Of a stretch of 64,000 nt of DNA, positions 47,759 to 58,454 are shown piece by piece. The notes under the pieces were generated by a model, which was not told the origin of the DNA, made no database searches, and was given only the letters and a program-made list of their open reading frames with translations. Numbering within the stretch: the stretch's first letter is position 1; each line of letters opens with the position of its first letter. The translations under genes and the position numbers were made by a program. Origin of the DNA: Solirubrobacteraceae bacterium (GTDB lineage Bacteria > Actinomycetota > Thermoleophilia > Solirubrobacterales > Solirubrobacteraceae); the NCBI GenBank assembly GCA_036497165.1, contig DASXJW010000038.1, positions 888 to 64,887 on the forward strand, written 5' to 3'.

Positions 47759-48669
47759 CGATTCTCGTCACCGGGATCAGCGGCTACGTCGGGTCCGTCC
47801 TCGCGCGCCGCCTGCAGCGCGAGGGCGAGACCGTGCGCGGCTTCTCGCGCCGGCCCGATCGGGTCGACGTCGACGTCCCCGTAGTGGCGGGAGACGCGCT
47901 CTCGGGGGAGGGCCTGACCGAGGCGCTGGACGGCGTGGACGTCGCCTACTTCCTCATCCACGGCATGGAGCCCGCCCCCGACGGGCCGCTCGCCTCGCGC
48001 GAGCGCGCCGCCGCCGAGCGCTTCGCCGCCGCCGCGGCCGCGGCCGGCGTCAGCCGCATCGTGTACCTGGGCGGGATGGTGCCCGCGGGCGGACCGCGGT
48101 CGCCCCACCTGGCCAGCCGTCTGGCCGTCGAGGACATCCTCCTCGACGCGGTCCCCGGCTCGGTCGCCCTGCGCGCCTCGATCGTGATCGGGGCCAGGTC
48201 TCGATCGTTTCGCTTCATGGTCCGTCTGGTCGAGCGGTTGCCGGTGCTCCCCTATCCGGCGTGGCGCACCAACCGCACCGCGCCCGTGGACGAACGCGAC
48301 ATCGTCGAGGTGCTGGCGCGCGCCGCCGCCTCGGACCAGGTCTCGGGCCGGCGGCTCGATGTCGCCGGCCCCGACGTGGTCAGCTACGGGGAGCTGATCG
48401 AGCGCATCGCCGACCTCATGCTCGTCGACCGGGCCGGGCTGCGGTTCAACCGGCTGTCGGTGACCCCGCTCGCCAGCCGGGTCGCGGCGCTGGTCGCCGG
48501 GGAGCAATGGGAGCTGATCGGACCCCTCATGGAGAGCCTGGACAGCGACCTGCTGCCCACCGAGCCCGAGGCCGGGCCCCTGTTGGACGTGCGGCTGCAT
48601 TCCTTGAACGCCGCCATCGAGCATGCGCTGGCGGAGTGGGAGCGCCACGAGGTGCTTGCGGCGCGCTGA
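47755..48669 (+). CDS. NAD(P)H-binding atypical SDR protein
   Basis: VTGISGYVG, IVYLGG, HLASR, RASIVIG. Confidence 0.85.
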   Translation: MTILVTGISGYVGSVLARRLQREGETVRGFSRRPDRVDVDVPVVAGDALSGEGLTEALDGVDVAYFLIHGMEPAPDGPLASRERAAAERFAAAAAAAGVSRIVYLGGMVPAGGPRSPHLASRLAVEDILLDAVPGSVALRASIVIGARSRSFRFMVRLVERLPVLPYPAWRTNRTAPVDERDIVEVLARAAASDQVSGRRLDVAGPDVVSYGELIERIADLMLVDRAGLRFNRLSVTPLASRVAALVAGEQWELIGPLMESLDSDLLPTEPEAGPLLDVRLHSLNAAIEHALAEWERHEVLAAR

Positions 48670-48715
48670 CCATCGACACGCCGCCGCTGGCGCGGACCGT
48701 TAGTGTGCCCCGCCT

Positions 48716-49165
48716 ATGAGCACCGTTTCAGCCACCATCGAGATCAACGCGCCGATCGAGCGGGTGTGGGAGATCGTGATGGACCCCGCCCGTCTCGGTG
48801 ACTGGGTGACGATCCACAAGTCGGTGTCCAACGTGTCTGACTCGCCTCTGCGCTCAGGCTCGACCATGGATCAGGCAATGCACGTGCGCGGGCTCACGTT
48901 CCGGGTCCACTGGACGCTGATGGCGGTTGACAGTCCGCGGCGGGCGGAATGGGAGGGCGGCGGCCCGGCACGGTCAACCGCGGTTATCCGCTACGAGTTG
49001 ACCACCGGCAAGAACGGTCGCACCACGTTCCAATACACCAACGAGTTCCACCCGCCGGGAGGGCGCTTGGGCAGCGTCGCCAGTCGCATGATCGTCGGCG
49101 CCACCTCCGAGCGCGAGGCCAGGAAGTCACTGAAGCGGTTGAAGGCGCTGGTGGAGCAGGGCTGA
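48716..49165 (+). CDS. SRPBCC family protein
   Basis: IEINAPIERVW..DP...W pattern, C-terminal helix SLKRLKALVE. Confidence 0.85.
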   Translation: MSTVSATIEINAPIERVWEIVMDPARLGDWVTIHKSVSNVSDSPLRSGSTMDQAMHVRGLTFRVHWTLMAVDSPRRAEWEGGGPARSTAVIRYELTTGKNGRTTFQYTNEFHPPGGRLGSVASRMIVGATSEREARKSLKRLKALVEQG

Positions 49166-49248
49166 CAAGCGATCTGCACGTTCACCGGTCACGGGTTGTA
49201 TCGTCCTACACGAATACGTCTAACCCTTGCCGCGGAGGTAGACCCAAA

Positions 49249-49641
49249 TTGGCAGATTTCGTTGACAGTACCGTGAAGGACATTGACCGACGGTTGAGTG
49301 AGCTCAAGGTTGAGGTCACCAAGCTCGAGGCCGCACGCGCCGCCCTGGTCGGCGGACGCCGCGGACCGGGGCGGCCCGCCAGCGCCAATGGTGCCGGCGA
49401 GACCACCCGCCGCCGTACGACACGCCGTGCCGGCCGTCCCCGCGGCCGCCGCGGTGGCAACACCCGCGCCAACCAGGCGCTGTCGCTCGTCCGCGAGAAG
49501 CCCGGGATCACCATCCCGCAGATCGCGGAGGCGCTCAAGATCGAGCCGAATTACCTGTACCGCGTCATGCCGAAGCTGGTAGAGGACGGGCAGGTCAGCC
49601 GGGAAGGCCAAGGCTGGCACCCGGCGGCGGCAGCAAGCTAG
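49249..49641 (+). CDS. coiled-coil / basic linker / winged-HTH protein
   Basis: GGAGG RBS then TTG; heptad IDRRLSELKVEVTKLEAARAAL; GRP-rich linker; PGITIPQIAEALKI..NYLYRV..LV.DG. Confidence 0.8.
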   Translation: MADFVDSTVKDIDRRLSELKVEVTKLEAARAALVGGRRGPGRPASANGAGETTRRRTTRRAGRPRGRRGGNTRANQALSLVREKPGITIPQIAEALKIEPNYLYRVMPKLVEDGQVSREGQGWHPAAAAS

Positions 49642-49715
49642 CCGGCCGCCTCAGGTGGCTCTGAGCTGAGCATCTGAGGCTTCCGCCGCAGCCCGGGCCG
49701 GGACATGGCAGGAAT

Positions 49716-49745
49716 GCCGCCGCGATCGTCATCGATCGCGGCGGC
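49716..49745. terminator. hairpin between convergent genes
   Basis: GCCGCCGCGATCG-TCAT-CGATCGCGGCGGC perfect 13-bp stem. Confidence 0.7.
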
Positions 49746-49784
49746 TCAAGGGGCGGTGAGGCCAGATCAGCCCCACGGTGAGGA

Positions 49785-50801
<1,017 letters not shown>

Positions 50802-52322
50802 CTAGTTCAGGTCCACTCCGTACACATCGCCGAGCTTAGCCTTGAGGTAGGTGGTGAAGGGAGCGACCGAGATGGGGCCGCCGACCTCTCGGGCCAGCAG
50901 CTCGGCGGTGGTGAACTTGGCGCCGTGGCGATGGACGCGTTCTCTCAGCCACTCGCGCAGCGGCCCCAGCCCGCCGGCGGCGAGCTGGTCCTCGAGGTCG
51001 GGAAGATCGGCATGGGCTCGTTCCCACAGCTGGCCGGCGATCAGGTTCCCCAGCGCATAGGTGGGGAAGTAGCCGATGAGCCCGGCCGACCAGTGCACAT
51101 CCTGCAGGACACCGTCGACGTCACTGGAAACCGGGATGCCGAGGTACTCCTCGAACCTGGCGTTCCATGCCTCGGGCAGATCGCGGATGGCGAGGGTGCC
51201 CTCGACGAGCTCCTGCTCGAGCTCGTAGCGGAGGATGATGTGCAGCGCGTAGGTCGCCTCATCGGCCTCGACGCGGATGAAGGTGGGCTTGACGCGGTTG
51301 ACGGCGCGGTACAGGGAGTCGGCGTCCAGACGCGACAGCTGTCCGCCTCCCAGCCGCGCGATCCGTGGCGCCAGCACGGTGCAGAACGCGCGGCCGCGCC
51401 CCACCATGTTCTCCCACAGGCGGCTCTGGGACTCGTGCATGCCCAGTGACTCGGTGGATCCGATCGGGGACCGCCGCAGCCGCGCCGGCAGCCCGGCCTC
51501 ATACAGGCCGTGTCCGCACTCGTGCATCGCGCCGTACAGGCCGGTGGGGAAGAAGTGCTCATCCCACCGAGTGGTGATGCGGACGTCACCCCCACCGATC
51601 CGGGTGGCGAACGGGTGAACGGTGTCATCGATCCGCCAGGCGCTCGGCTCAAAGCCCATCAAGGCCACCACCTCATGCACCAGCTCACGCTGCCGGTCCA
51701 CGGCGAACTCCGCGTACAGCGGCCATTCCGGGACCGGCTCGGCCTCGGCCACGGACGCGATGACCGGTTTGAGCTCGGCCTTGAGCTGCGCGAACAGGTC
51801 AGACACCTGGCGGGCGGGAAGCTTGGGCTCGTAGTCGTCGAGCAGCACGTCGTAGGGGCACTCGAAGTCGCCGCTGTCGATGTGGCAGGCGACATACTGG
51901 CGCGCCAGGTCGAAGTTGCGCTCCAGGTAGGGCGCGAAGTCCGTGAAGTTGCCCTGCTCGCGCGCCACGATCCACGCCTCCTGGCCCACCGAGGACGCCC
52001 GCGCCAGCTCGGCGGCCAGATCCGCCGGAACCCGTCGGGCCTTCTCCCACTGACGGCGGACGAGCGCGACGAGGCGGGGATCGTCGTCGTCGGGGTCTGA
52101 GCCGTTGACCTCTGCCGTGGCGCCCTCCAGCAGACGCCCGGTCTCGTCGTCGACGAACATCTCATGGCTGATGCGCGTCAGGGTGGCCAAGGACTCGGCG
52201 CGGCCCTCGCCCCCGCGCGGCGGCATCATCGTCTGCTGATCCCAGTGGGCCAGGGACATCGCGTGTCCCAGGTCCGACAGTTGCCCCAAGCGCTGCTTGA
52301 GACCGTCAAGGCGCTCACTCAT
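50802..52322 (-). CDS. carboxypeptidase M32
   Basis: WDQQTMMP, HPF, HECGH, HESQS, IRVEADE, QDVHW, GYFPTY. Confidence 0.93.
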   Translation of the reverse strand: MSERLDGLKQRLGQLSDLGHAMSLAHWDQQTMMPPRGGEGRAESLATLTRISHEMFVDDETGRLLEGATAEVNGSDPDDDDPRLVALVRRQWEKARRVPADLAAELARASSVGQEAWIVAREQGNFTDFAPYLERNFDLARQYVACHIDSGDFECPYDVLLDDYEPKLPARQVSDLFAQLKAELKPVIASVAEAEPVPEWPLYAEFAVDRQRELVHEVVALMGFEPSAWRIDDTVHPFATRIGGGDVRITTRWDEHFFPTGLYGAMHECGHGLYEAGLPARLRRSPIGSTESLGMHESQSRLWENMVGRGRAFCTVLAPRIARLGGGQLSRLDADSLYRAVNRVKPTFIRVEADEATYALHIILRYELEQELVEGTLAIRDLPEAWNARFEEYLGIPVSSDVDGVLQDVHWSAGLIGYFPTYALGNLIAGQLWERAHADLPDLEDQLAAGGLGPLREWLRERVHRHGAKFTTAELLAREVGGPISVAPFTTYLKAKLGDVYGVDLN

Positions 52323-52376
52323 CTGTTGTCTCCTGAATTTCCGTGGGCGCAGATGCGCCTGTGAGACCATTGCACC

Positions 52377-53552
52377 ATGTTGCGGCGGTCGACCTCCATC
52401 AAGCTGTTCGACGCATTCGGCATCCGCATCGGGGTCGACGGCAGCTGGTTCCTGATCCTCTTCTTGATGATCTTCATCCTGTCCGGGCCCTTCCGCGACG
52501 CCCTGCACAGCTCTGACGGCGCCGCGTATCTCACCACGGTCGTCAGCGTGCTGCTGCTGTTCGGCTCACTCATCGCGCACGAACTGGGGCACGCCCTGGT
52601 GGCGCGGCGGCAGGGAATCGAGGTCACGAAGATCGATCTATACCTGTTCGGTGGCTTAACACAATTGAGCCGTGATGCGGCATCGCCCGGCGAGGACTTC
52701 AAGGTCGCGATCGCAGGCCCAGTCGCGACGTTTGCGGTCATCCTATTGTGCCTGGCCATCGACCTCCCGATCGTGGGGGCCAGCCGGCTTGGCCATGCCG
52801 TCGTCCTTGACTCGAGCATCCGCATCACCCCGGTGCTCCTGTCCCTGAGCTGGCTGCTGCTCATGAACGTCCTGCTGCTGGCGTTCAACCTGCTGCCGGC
52901 GTTCCCCCTCGATGGGGGTCGGGTGGCCCGTTCCATCGTCTGGCGGGTCACCGGCGACAAGCGCCGCGGCACGTTCGTCGCCGCCCGGCTGGGCCAGGGG
53001 CTGGCGCTGGTGATGGCCGGATTGGGCCTGTGGTGGATCACGTCCTCGGCCAGCCTCGGCGGCCTGTGGCTGATGGCGCTGGCCTGGCTCATGTGGCAGT
53101 CCTGCCGGGCCGCGCTGACCCAGGCGGTCATGGCCGAGCGGATCGACGGAGTGCGCGTGGCCGACATCATGGACACCCATCCTGTGGCGATCCCGGCGGT
53201 CACTCCTGTCACCCAGTCGATGGACGAGTACTTCCTGCGCTACCGCCAGCCGTGGCTGCCGGTGGTCGACGAGAACGGGCGCCTGCTGGGGATCGCCCGC
53301 CAGGATCGCGCCCAGGCATCCATCGACGGCGGCGAGGCGTGGCTGACGATCAGCGCGGTGCTCGAGTCCGACGAGACCCCGAGCTGGCGGGTGCAGGAGG
53401 ACCGGCCGATCACCGAGCTGCTGGCCTCCGAGACGCTCGGGCGGCTGGGCGCCCTACCGGCGGTCGACGCCGATGGCGTCCTGCGCGGCGTGGTGACCGT
53501 CGATCAGGTCCGCCGGGCCCTGCACTCCGCGGCAAGCCGCTCGATGGCCTAG
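52377..53552 (+). CDS. site-2 protease (M50) with CBS domains
   Basis: HELGH, AIAGP, FNLLPAFPLDGGR, C-terminal CBS pair. Confidence 0.92.
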   Translation: MLRRSTSIKLFDAFGIRIGVDGSWFLILFLMIFILSGPFRDALHSSDGAAYLTTVVSVLLLFGSLIAHELGHALVARRQGIEVTKIDLYLFGGLTQLSRDAASPGEDFKVAIAGPVATFAVILLCLAIDLPIVGASRLGHAVVLDSSIRITPVLLSLSWLLLMNVLLLAFNLLPAFPLDGGRVARSIVWRVTGDKRRGTFVAARLGQGLALVMAGLGLWWITSSASLGGLWLMALAWLMWQSCRAALTQAVMAERIDGVRVADIMDTHPVAIPAVTPVTQSMDEYFLRYRQPWLPVVDENGRLLGIARQDRAQASIDGGEAWLTISAVLESDETPSWRVQEDRPITELLASETLGRLGALPAVDADGVLRGVVTVDQVRRALHSAASRSMA

Positions 53553-53622
53553 CCGTTCGCCCCCGGACGGCAGCCGGTGGGGGCGCGGCGCCGCGCCAGC
53601 AGGCTCATTTATATTGCTTGCA

Positions 53623-55311
53623 ATGCCCTCCCATGACGTTCTGATCATCGGCGCCGGGCTGGCCGGCCAGCGCGCCGCGCTGGCGGCCGCGCAGACGGGC
53701 GCCACGGTCGCGATCATCTCCAAGGTCCATCCGGTGCGCTCCCACTCGGTGGCCGCGGCCGGCGGAATCAACGCCGCGCTCAACCCCGAGGACACCTGGG
53801 AGTCCCACGCGTTCGACACCATCAAGGGATCGGACTACCTGGGCGACCAGGACGCGATCGAGGTCATGTGCCGCGAGGCTCCGGGCGAGATCCTCTGGCT
53901 CGAGCACGCCGGCGTCACCTTCCACCGCAACGAGCGCGGCAACCTCGGCACCCGAGCCTTCGGCGGCGCCTCGGCGGCCCGCACCTACTACGTGGCTGAC
54001 ATCACGGGCCACGCCATCCTGCACGTCCTCTACGAGCAGCTCATGAAGTTCGCGGCCAGCATCGACCGCTACGAGGAATGGTTCACCACCGACCTGCTCC
54101 AGGACGACGACGGGCGCTGCGTCGGCGCGATCTGCCGCAACCTCCGCGACGGCCACCTGGAGGTGTTCAACGCCAAGGCGGTCATCCTCGCCTCCGGCGG
54201 CGCCGGTCAGGCCTACCGGCCCACCACCAACGGGCTGATCGTCACCGGCGACGGCATCGCGCAGGCCTACCGGATCGGCGCCCGGCTGATGGACATGGAG
54301 ATGATCCAGTATCACCCGACGACGCTGGCGGGCAACGGGCTGCTCATCACCGAGGGCGCCCGCGGCGAGGGTGCCTGGCTGCTCAACGCCGAGGGCGAGC
54401 GGTTCATGGAGAAGTACGCCCCCAACAAGCTCGAGCTGGCCTCGCGCGACGTCGTCTCCCGCGCCGAGCAGACCGAGATCAACGAGGGCCGCGGCTTCCC
54501 CGACGGCACGGTGGCGCTCGATATCACCAAGGTGCCGCGGCGGCGGACCCTGGAGGCGCTGCGTGAGATCGTCAACATCGGGCGCGACTTCGCCGGCGTC
54601 GACATCACCCGCGAGCCGATCCACATCCACCCCGGCCAGCACTACATCATGGGCGGGGTCAAGACCGACGTCGACGGGCTGACCACCATTCCGGGGCTCT
54701 ACGCCGCCGGCGAGGTGGCCTGCGTGTCCGTTCACGGCGGCAACCGGCTCGGCGCCAACTCCCTGCTGGACACCCTCATCTTCGGCCGGCGCTCGGGCGA
54801 GCACGCGGCCAGGCAGGCGCTGCAGATGACGATGCCGACGACCCCGCCGACGCGGGTCACCGATACCGAGCGCCATATCAAGAACATCCTCGACCGGCCC
54901 GCCGGGGGGCGGCGGGTGGCGTCGATCAAGGACGAGCTGGGCGACACCATGAACAAGTACGTCGCGGTGTTCCGCGACGCTGACGGGCTGGCCAAGGCCC
55001 ACGAGATCGTCCGCCGTCTCAAGGAGGAGGCGCCCAAGGCGTCGATCGACGACCGCGGCACGGTCTTCAACCAGGACGTGATAGGGGCGATCGAGCTCGG
55101 GTACATGCTGGACGTGGCCGAGGCGATCGTGGTGGGCGCGCAGGAGCGCAAGGAGTCCCGCGGGGCGCAGTTCCGCACGGATTTCCCCGAGCGCAACGAC
55201 GACGAATGGCTCAAGCACATCGACGTGACGGTCAACGGCGCCGACGTGCCCAACGTCAGCTACTCCCCGGTGACGATCACCAAGTGGGAGCCCCAGGAAA
55301 GGACGTACTAG
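53623..55311 (+). CDS. sdhA: succinate dehydrogenase/fumarate reductase flavoprotein
   Basis: GAGLAG, RSHSVAAAGG (covalent FAD His), QYHPT, TEGARGEG, HGGNRLGANSL, ESRG. Confidence 0.95.
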   Translation: MPSHDVLIIGAGLAGQRAALAAAQTGATVAIISKVHPVRSHSVAAAGGINAALNPEDTWESHAFDTIKGSDYLGDQDAIEVMCREAPGEILWLEHAGVTFHRNERGNLGTRAFGGASAARTYYVADITGHAILHVLYEQLMKFAASIDRYEEWFTTDLLQDDDGRCVGAICRNLRDGHLEVFNAKAVILASGGAGQAYRPTTNGLIVTGDGIAQAYRIGARLMDMEMIQYHPTTLAGNGLLITEGARGEGAWLLNAEGERFMEKYAPNKLELASRDVVSRAEQTEINEGRGFPDGTVALDITKVPRRRTLEALREIVNIGRDFAGVDITREPIHIHPGQHYIMGGVKTDVDGLTTIPGLYAAGEVACVSVHGGNRLGANSLLDTLIFGRRSGEHAARQALQMTMPTTPPTRVTDTERHIKNILDRPAGGRRVASIKDELGDTMNKYVAVFRDADGLAKAHEIVRRLKEEAPKASIDDRGTVFNQDVIGAIELGYMLDVAEAIVVGAQERKESRGAQFRTDFPERNDDEWLKHIDVTVNGADVPNVSYSPVTITKWEPQERTY

Positions 55312-55335
55312 TGGCCACCGAATCGAGACAGGCCC

Positions 55336-56616
55336 ATGCCTGAGTATCTGCTGAGACTGCGCCGCTTCGATCCCAAGTCCGGCGAGGCCGCCTACTGGGA
55401 CGAGCACTGGGTGGACCTCGGCGAGCGCAACTCCGTGCTCGATGCCATCCTCAAGGTCAAGGATGAGGTCGACGGCTCGGTCGGGATCCGCTGCTCCTGC
55501 CAGCAGGCGATCTGCGGCTCGTGCGGGGTGCGGATGAACGGCAAGCCGGGGCTGGCCTGCAACACCCATCTGGAGGACGCAGCGGCGAGAGCGCACGGCA
55601 CCGGCTGGAACCCCGACGTCGACAGCGGCACGGGCGACGGCAGTGGCGCCGGGGCCGGCGACACCACCGCCGCCGGGGTCATCGAGGTCGAGCCGATGGG
55701 CAACATGCCCGTCATCCGCGATCTCATCGTTGACATGGACGCGGTGCACTGGCGCAAGATCCAGCGCGTCACCCCGTACCTCATCAACAAGGAGCCGGTT
55801 CCGGAGCGCGAGTACATCGTGCCCCACGAGAACATGGTCGACATCACCCAGACGATGGCCTGCATCCAGTGCGGCGCCTGCGTCTCTGACTGCCTGTCGA
55901 TGGAGATCGACCCGCTATTCGCCGGGCCCGCCGCGCTGGCCAAGGCCTATCGGTTCGTGGGCGACCCGCGCGACGCCTCGCACGCCGAGCGCCTGAAGGA
56001 CCTCTCCGAGGACGAGCACGGGATCTACGACTGCACCCACTGCTTCAACTGCATCGACGCCTGCCCCAAGGAGGTGGCGCCGATGAGTCAGATCATGCGC
56101 CTGCGCCGCCGGGCCGGCAACGACTTCAAGATCAACGACCGCAACAACGGCCACCGCCATGAGGACTCCTTCGTGACGTTGGTGCGCGATTACGGCCTGC
56201 TGCACGAGGCCGAGCTGCTCCCTCGCAGCTTCGGGGGCAACTCGTGGTTCGGCAAGTTCCATCCGGCCGCGGGCGGCGTCCTGCTCAAATCGCTGTCGGC
56301 GATCCTCCCGGCGGTCCAACGCGGCAAGGTGAGCATCAAGACCGCCCTCTTCGGCCACAAGATCGACAAGCCAGATCTGGATGCGGTGAAGCGGCTGTAC
56401 AAGAAGATCGAGGATCGCCAGCAGCGGGTCGAGCTCAACCTCTATGTGAGTGGCTCTGAGGACGATCCCGCCGAGACCAAGGCGGCCGAGCGCGAGGTAC
56501 CGGCAGAGCCGTCGGCCCCCGGCGAGGAGTCGGCCTCCGGGGTCGGCAGCACCGCCGAATCTGCGGGATCAGGAGAGGCATCCCAATCCGCCTCCAGCGA
56601 AAGCGAGACGACATGA
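55336..56616 (+). CDS. sdhB: succinate dehydrogenase/fumarate reductase Fe-S subunit with C-terminal extension
   Basis: [35 protein letters not shown]. Confidence 0.9.
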   Translation: MPEYLLRLRRFDPKSGEAAYWDEHWVDLGERNSVLDAILKVKDEVDGSVGIRCSCQQAICGSCGVRMNGKPGLACNTHLEDAAARAHGTGWNPDVDSGTGDGSGAGAGDTTAAGVIEVEPMGNMPVIRDLIVDMDAVHWRKIQRVTPYLINKEPVPEREYIVPHENMVDITQTMACIQCGACVSDCLSMEIDPLFAGPAALAKAYRFVGDPRDASHAERLKDLSEDEHGIYDCTHCFNCIDACPKEVAPMSQIMRLRRRAGNDFKINDRNNGHRHEDSFVTLVRDYGLLHEAELLPRSFGGNSWFGKFHPAAGGVLLKSLSAILPAVQRGKVSIKTALFGHKIDKPDLDAVKRLYKKIEDRQQRVELNLYVSGSEDDPAETKAAEREVPAEPSAPGEESASGVGSTAESAGSGEASQSASSESETT

Positions 56617-57515
56617 AGGTTGCCTACTGGCCGGGCTGCGTGAGCCGCGGGTTCACGCCGGAGCTGCATGGTTCGATGGCCAAGGTGGCGCCGCTGCTCG
56701 ACATCGAGTTGATCGAGCTCGATCGCGCCGCCTGCTGCGGCGCGGGTGTGATCGCCGAGCACAATCAGGAGCTGGCCGACACGCTCAACGCCCGCACCTT
56801 CGCGCTGGCCCAGCAGACCGACGGGGAGCTGATGATGAACATCTGCTCCACCTGCCAGGGCGCGCAGTCCGAGTGCCAGGAGCGCCTGGACGCCAACGCC
56901 GAGTACCGCGACTTCATCAACCAGAACCTCTCCGATGAGGGCCTGAGCTACGAGAAGGGCCTCACGAACAAGAACCTGCTGTGGCTGCTGGTCGAGGAGA
57001 TCGGCCTCGAGGCGCTCAAGGCCAAGGTCACGCGGCCGCTCACCGACCTCAAGGTCGGCCCGTTCTACGGCTGCTACATCGTCCGGCCGGTGCACCGGCT
57101 CGGCATCGACGAGGAGCACCCCCGCGACCGCTACATGCACATGGTCATCGAGGCCCTGGGCGGCACCGTGATCGACTACGCGGGCGTCTACAAGTGCTGC
57201 GGCTTCCCCATCATCACCATGAACATGGAGGCCTCGCTGAAGATGGCCGGGCGCCACGTCGGGGACGCCATCGACGCCGAGGCGGACTGCCTCGTGGTCC
57301 CGTGCCCGCTGTGCCACCTCAACCTCGATCTCCAGCAGCCGCTGGCGGCCAAGCAGGTGGGCCGCGAGCTGGGCCTACCCGTCCTGCACCTGCCCCAGCT
57401 GCTCGGCCTGGCCCTGGGGCTGGACCCCAAGGAGCTGGGTATGAGCAAGCACGTGGTCAAGCCGACCTCGGTGATCGACTGGTCGGCGAGCGTGGTGGCC
57501 GGCTCCGCCGCGTAG
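56613..57515 (+). CDS. HdrB-like CCG-domain subunit (SdhE-type anchor)
   Basis: YWPGC, CCGAG, CSTC, FYGC, CCG, PCPLC; ATGA overlap. Confidence 0.9.
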   Translation: MKVAYWPGCVSRGFTPELHGSMAKVAPLLDIELIELDRAACCGAGVIAEHNQELADTLNARTFALAQQTDGELMMNICSTCQGAQSECQERLDANAEYRDFINQNLSDEGLSYEKGLTNKNLLWLLVEEIGLEALKAKVTRPLTDLKVGPFYGCYIVRPVHRLGIDEEHPRDRYMHMVIEALGGTVIDYAGVYKCCGFPIITMNMEASLKMAGRHVGDAIDAEADCLVVPCPLCHLNLDLQQPLAAKQVGRELGLPVLHLPQLLGLALGLDPKELGMSKHVVKPTSVIDWSASVVAGSAA

Positions 57516-57531
57516 CCGCGCGGCCGGTTCA

Positions 57532-57688
57532 TCAAACGCCACACCCCGGGACCCTCCCTCGTTGATCCCGGGGCGCTGCGTGGCCCTGTGAGAGCGAGGG
57601 CGCGAACCACTAGGGTCCTCGCGCCCGGTGTCTCCCTTGTTCCCTGCCCGTCCCTCGTGGCCGCCGGCGGCGGCTGGAGAACATCAGT
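57532..57688 (-). ncRNA. candidate small RNA with multiple AGGGA motifs and terminator hairpin
   Basis: minus-strand AGGGA at 57651-55, 57641-45, 57633-37, 57555-59 and AGGA at 57616-19; two hairpins with G-U pairs only on the minus strand; CAGACT -10 at 57695-57700. Confidence 0.4.
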
Positions 57689-57841
57689 GCGGCCAGTCTG
57701 CTCCCCGATGCCCCGATTTTCGTCCCCTCAAATGGGTGAACTTTGGGGGATACGGGGTAAAGGAACGGGTGACAGCTTCTCCCCCTCATCAGCGGACGAC
57801 TGAGGCCGAGGTCCGGTCCAGATCCGAAGGGACACGCGTAG

Positions 57842-58444
57842 TTGCGCATCGCCACCCGCCAGCCCATCGCCGTTGCGGTCGCTCAGTTCGAGGACATCGT
57901 CAACCGGGGCCTGCAGTCGCTCATCGACGGTGACCCCCATCTCCGGCTGGTGGCCACCGACATCCCGCAGGAGGAGATGGAGGAGACGCTGCGCAGAGAG
58001 GCGCCCGACGTCGCGATTCTCAACTTCGCCGCGCTGTCGCGCCCGGCCGAGCTGCGCGAGTTGCACGCCGCTCTGCCCGAGGCTCACCTCATGGTCATGG
58101 CCGACAACCCGTCCACGGCCGAGTGCCGGCAGATGATCGGCTTCGGCGCCACCGCCTGCCTGGCCAAGAACACCGAGGCGCGCGACGTCCTGCACACCAT
58201 CTACCTCGCCTCGCGCGGGATGCACGTGCTGCCCTCCGGCGCCGATGCGGACTACGAGCCCGCCGGCCCGACGCCGCTGACCCGCCGCGAAGCCGACGTC
58301 CTCGAGCTGCTGCAGGGCGGCAGCTCCAACGCCGAGATCGCCGCCACCCTGCACGTGGGGGTCGAGACGGTGCGCACCCACGCCCGCCACATCTACCGCA
58401 AGCTGGGCGTGAGCACGCGGCGCGAGCTGCGCTCGACGGTTTAG
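57842..58444 (+). CDS. NarL/LuxR-family regulator with degenerate receiver domain
   Basis: LTRREADVLELLQGGSSNAEIAATLHVGVETVRTH HTH; receiver-like N-terminus DVAILN. Confidence 0.88.
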   Translation: MRIATRQPIAVAVAQFEDIVNRGLQSLIDGDPHLRLVATDIPQEEMEETLRREAPDVAILNFAALSRPAELRELHAALPEAHLMVMADNPSTAECRQMIGFGATACLAKNTEARDVLHTIYLASRGMHVLPSGADADYEPAGPTPLTRREADVLELLQGGSSNAEIAATLHVGVETVRTHARHIYRKLGVSTRRELRSTV

Positions 58445-58454
58445 CCTGGGCCTC

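Noticed and set aside
57610-57684. 24-aa Arg-rich peptide (MFSSRRRRPRG...) within the candidate sRNA
   Set aside because: No RBS, poor codon pattern; sequence is better explained by RNA motifs, though not excluded.
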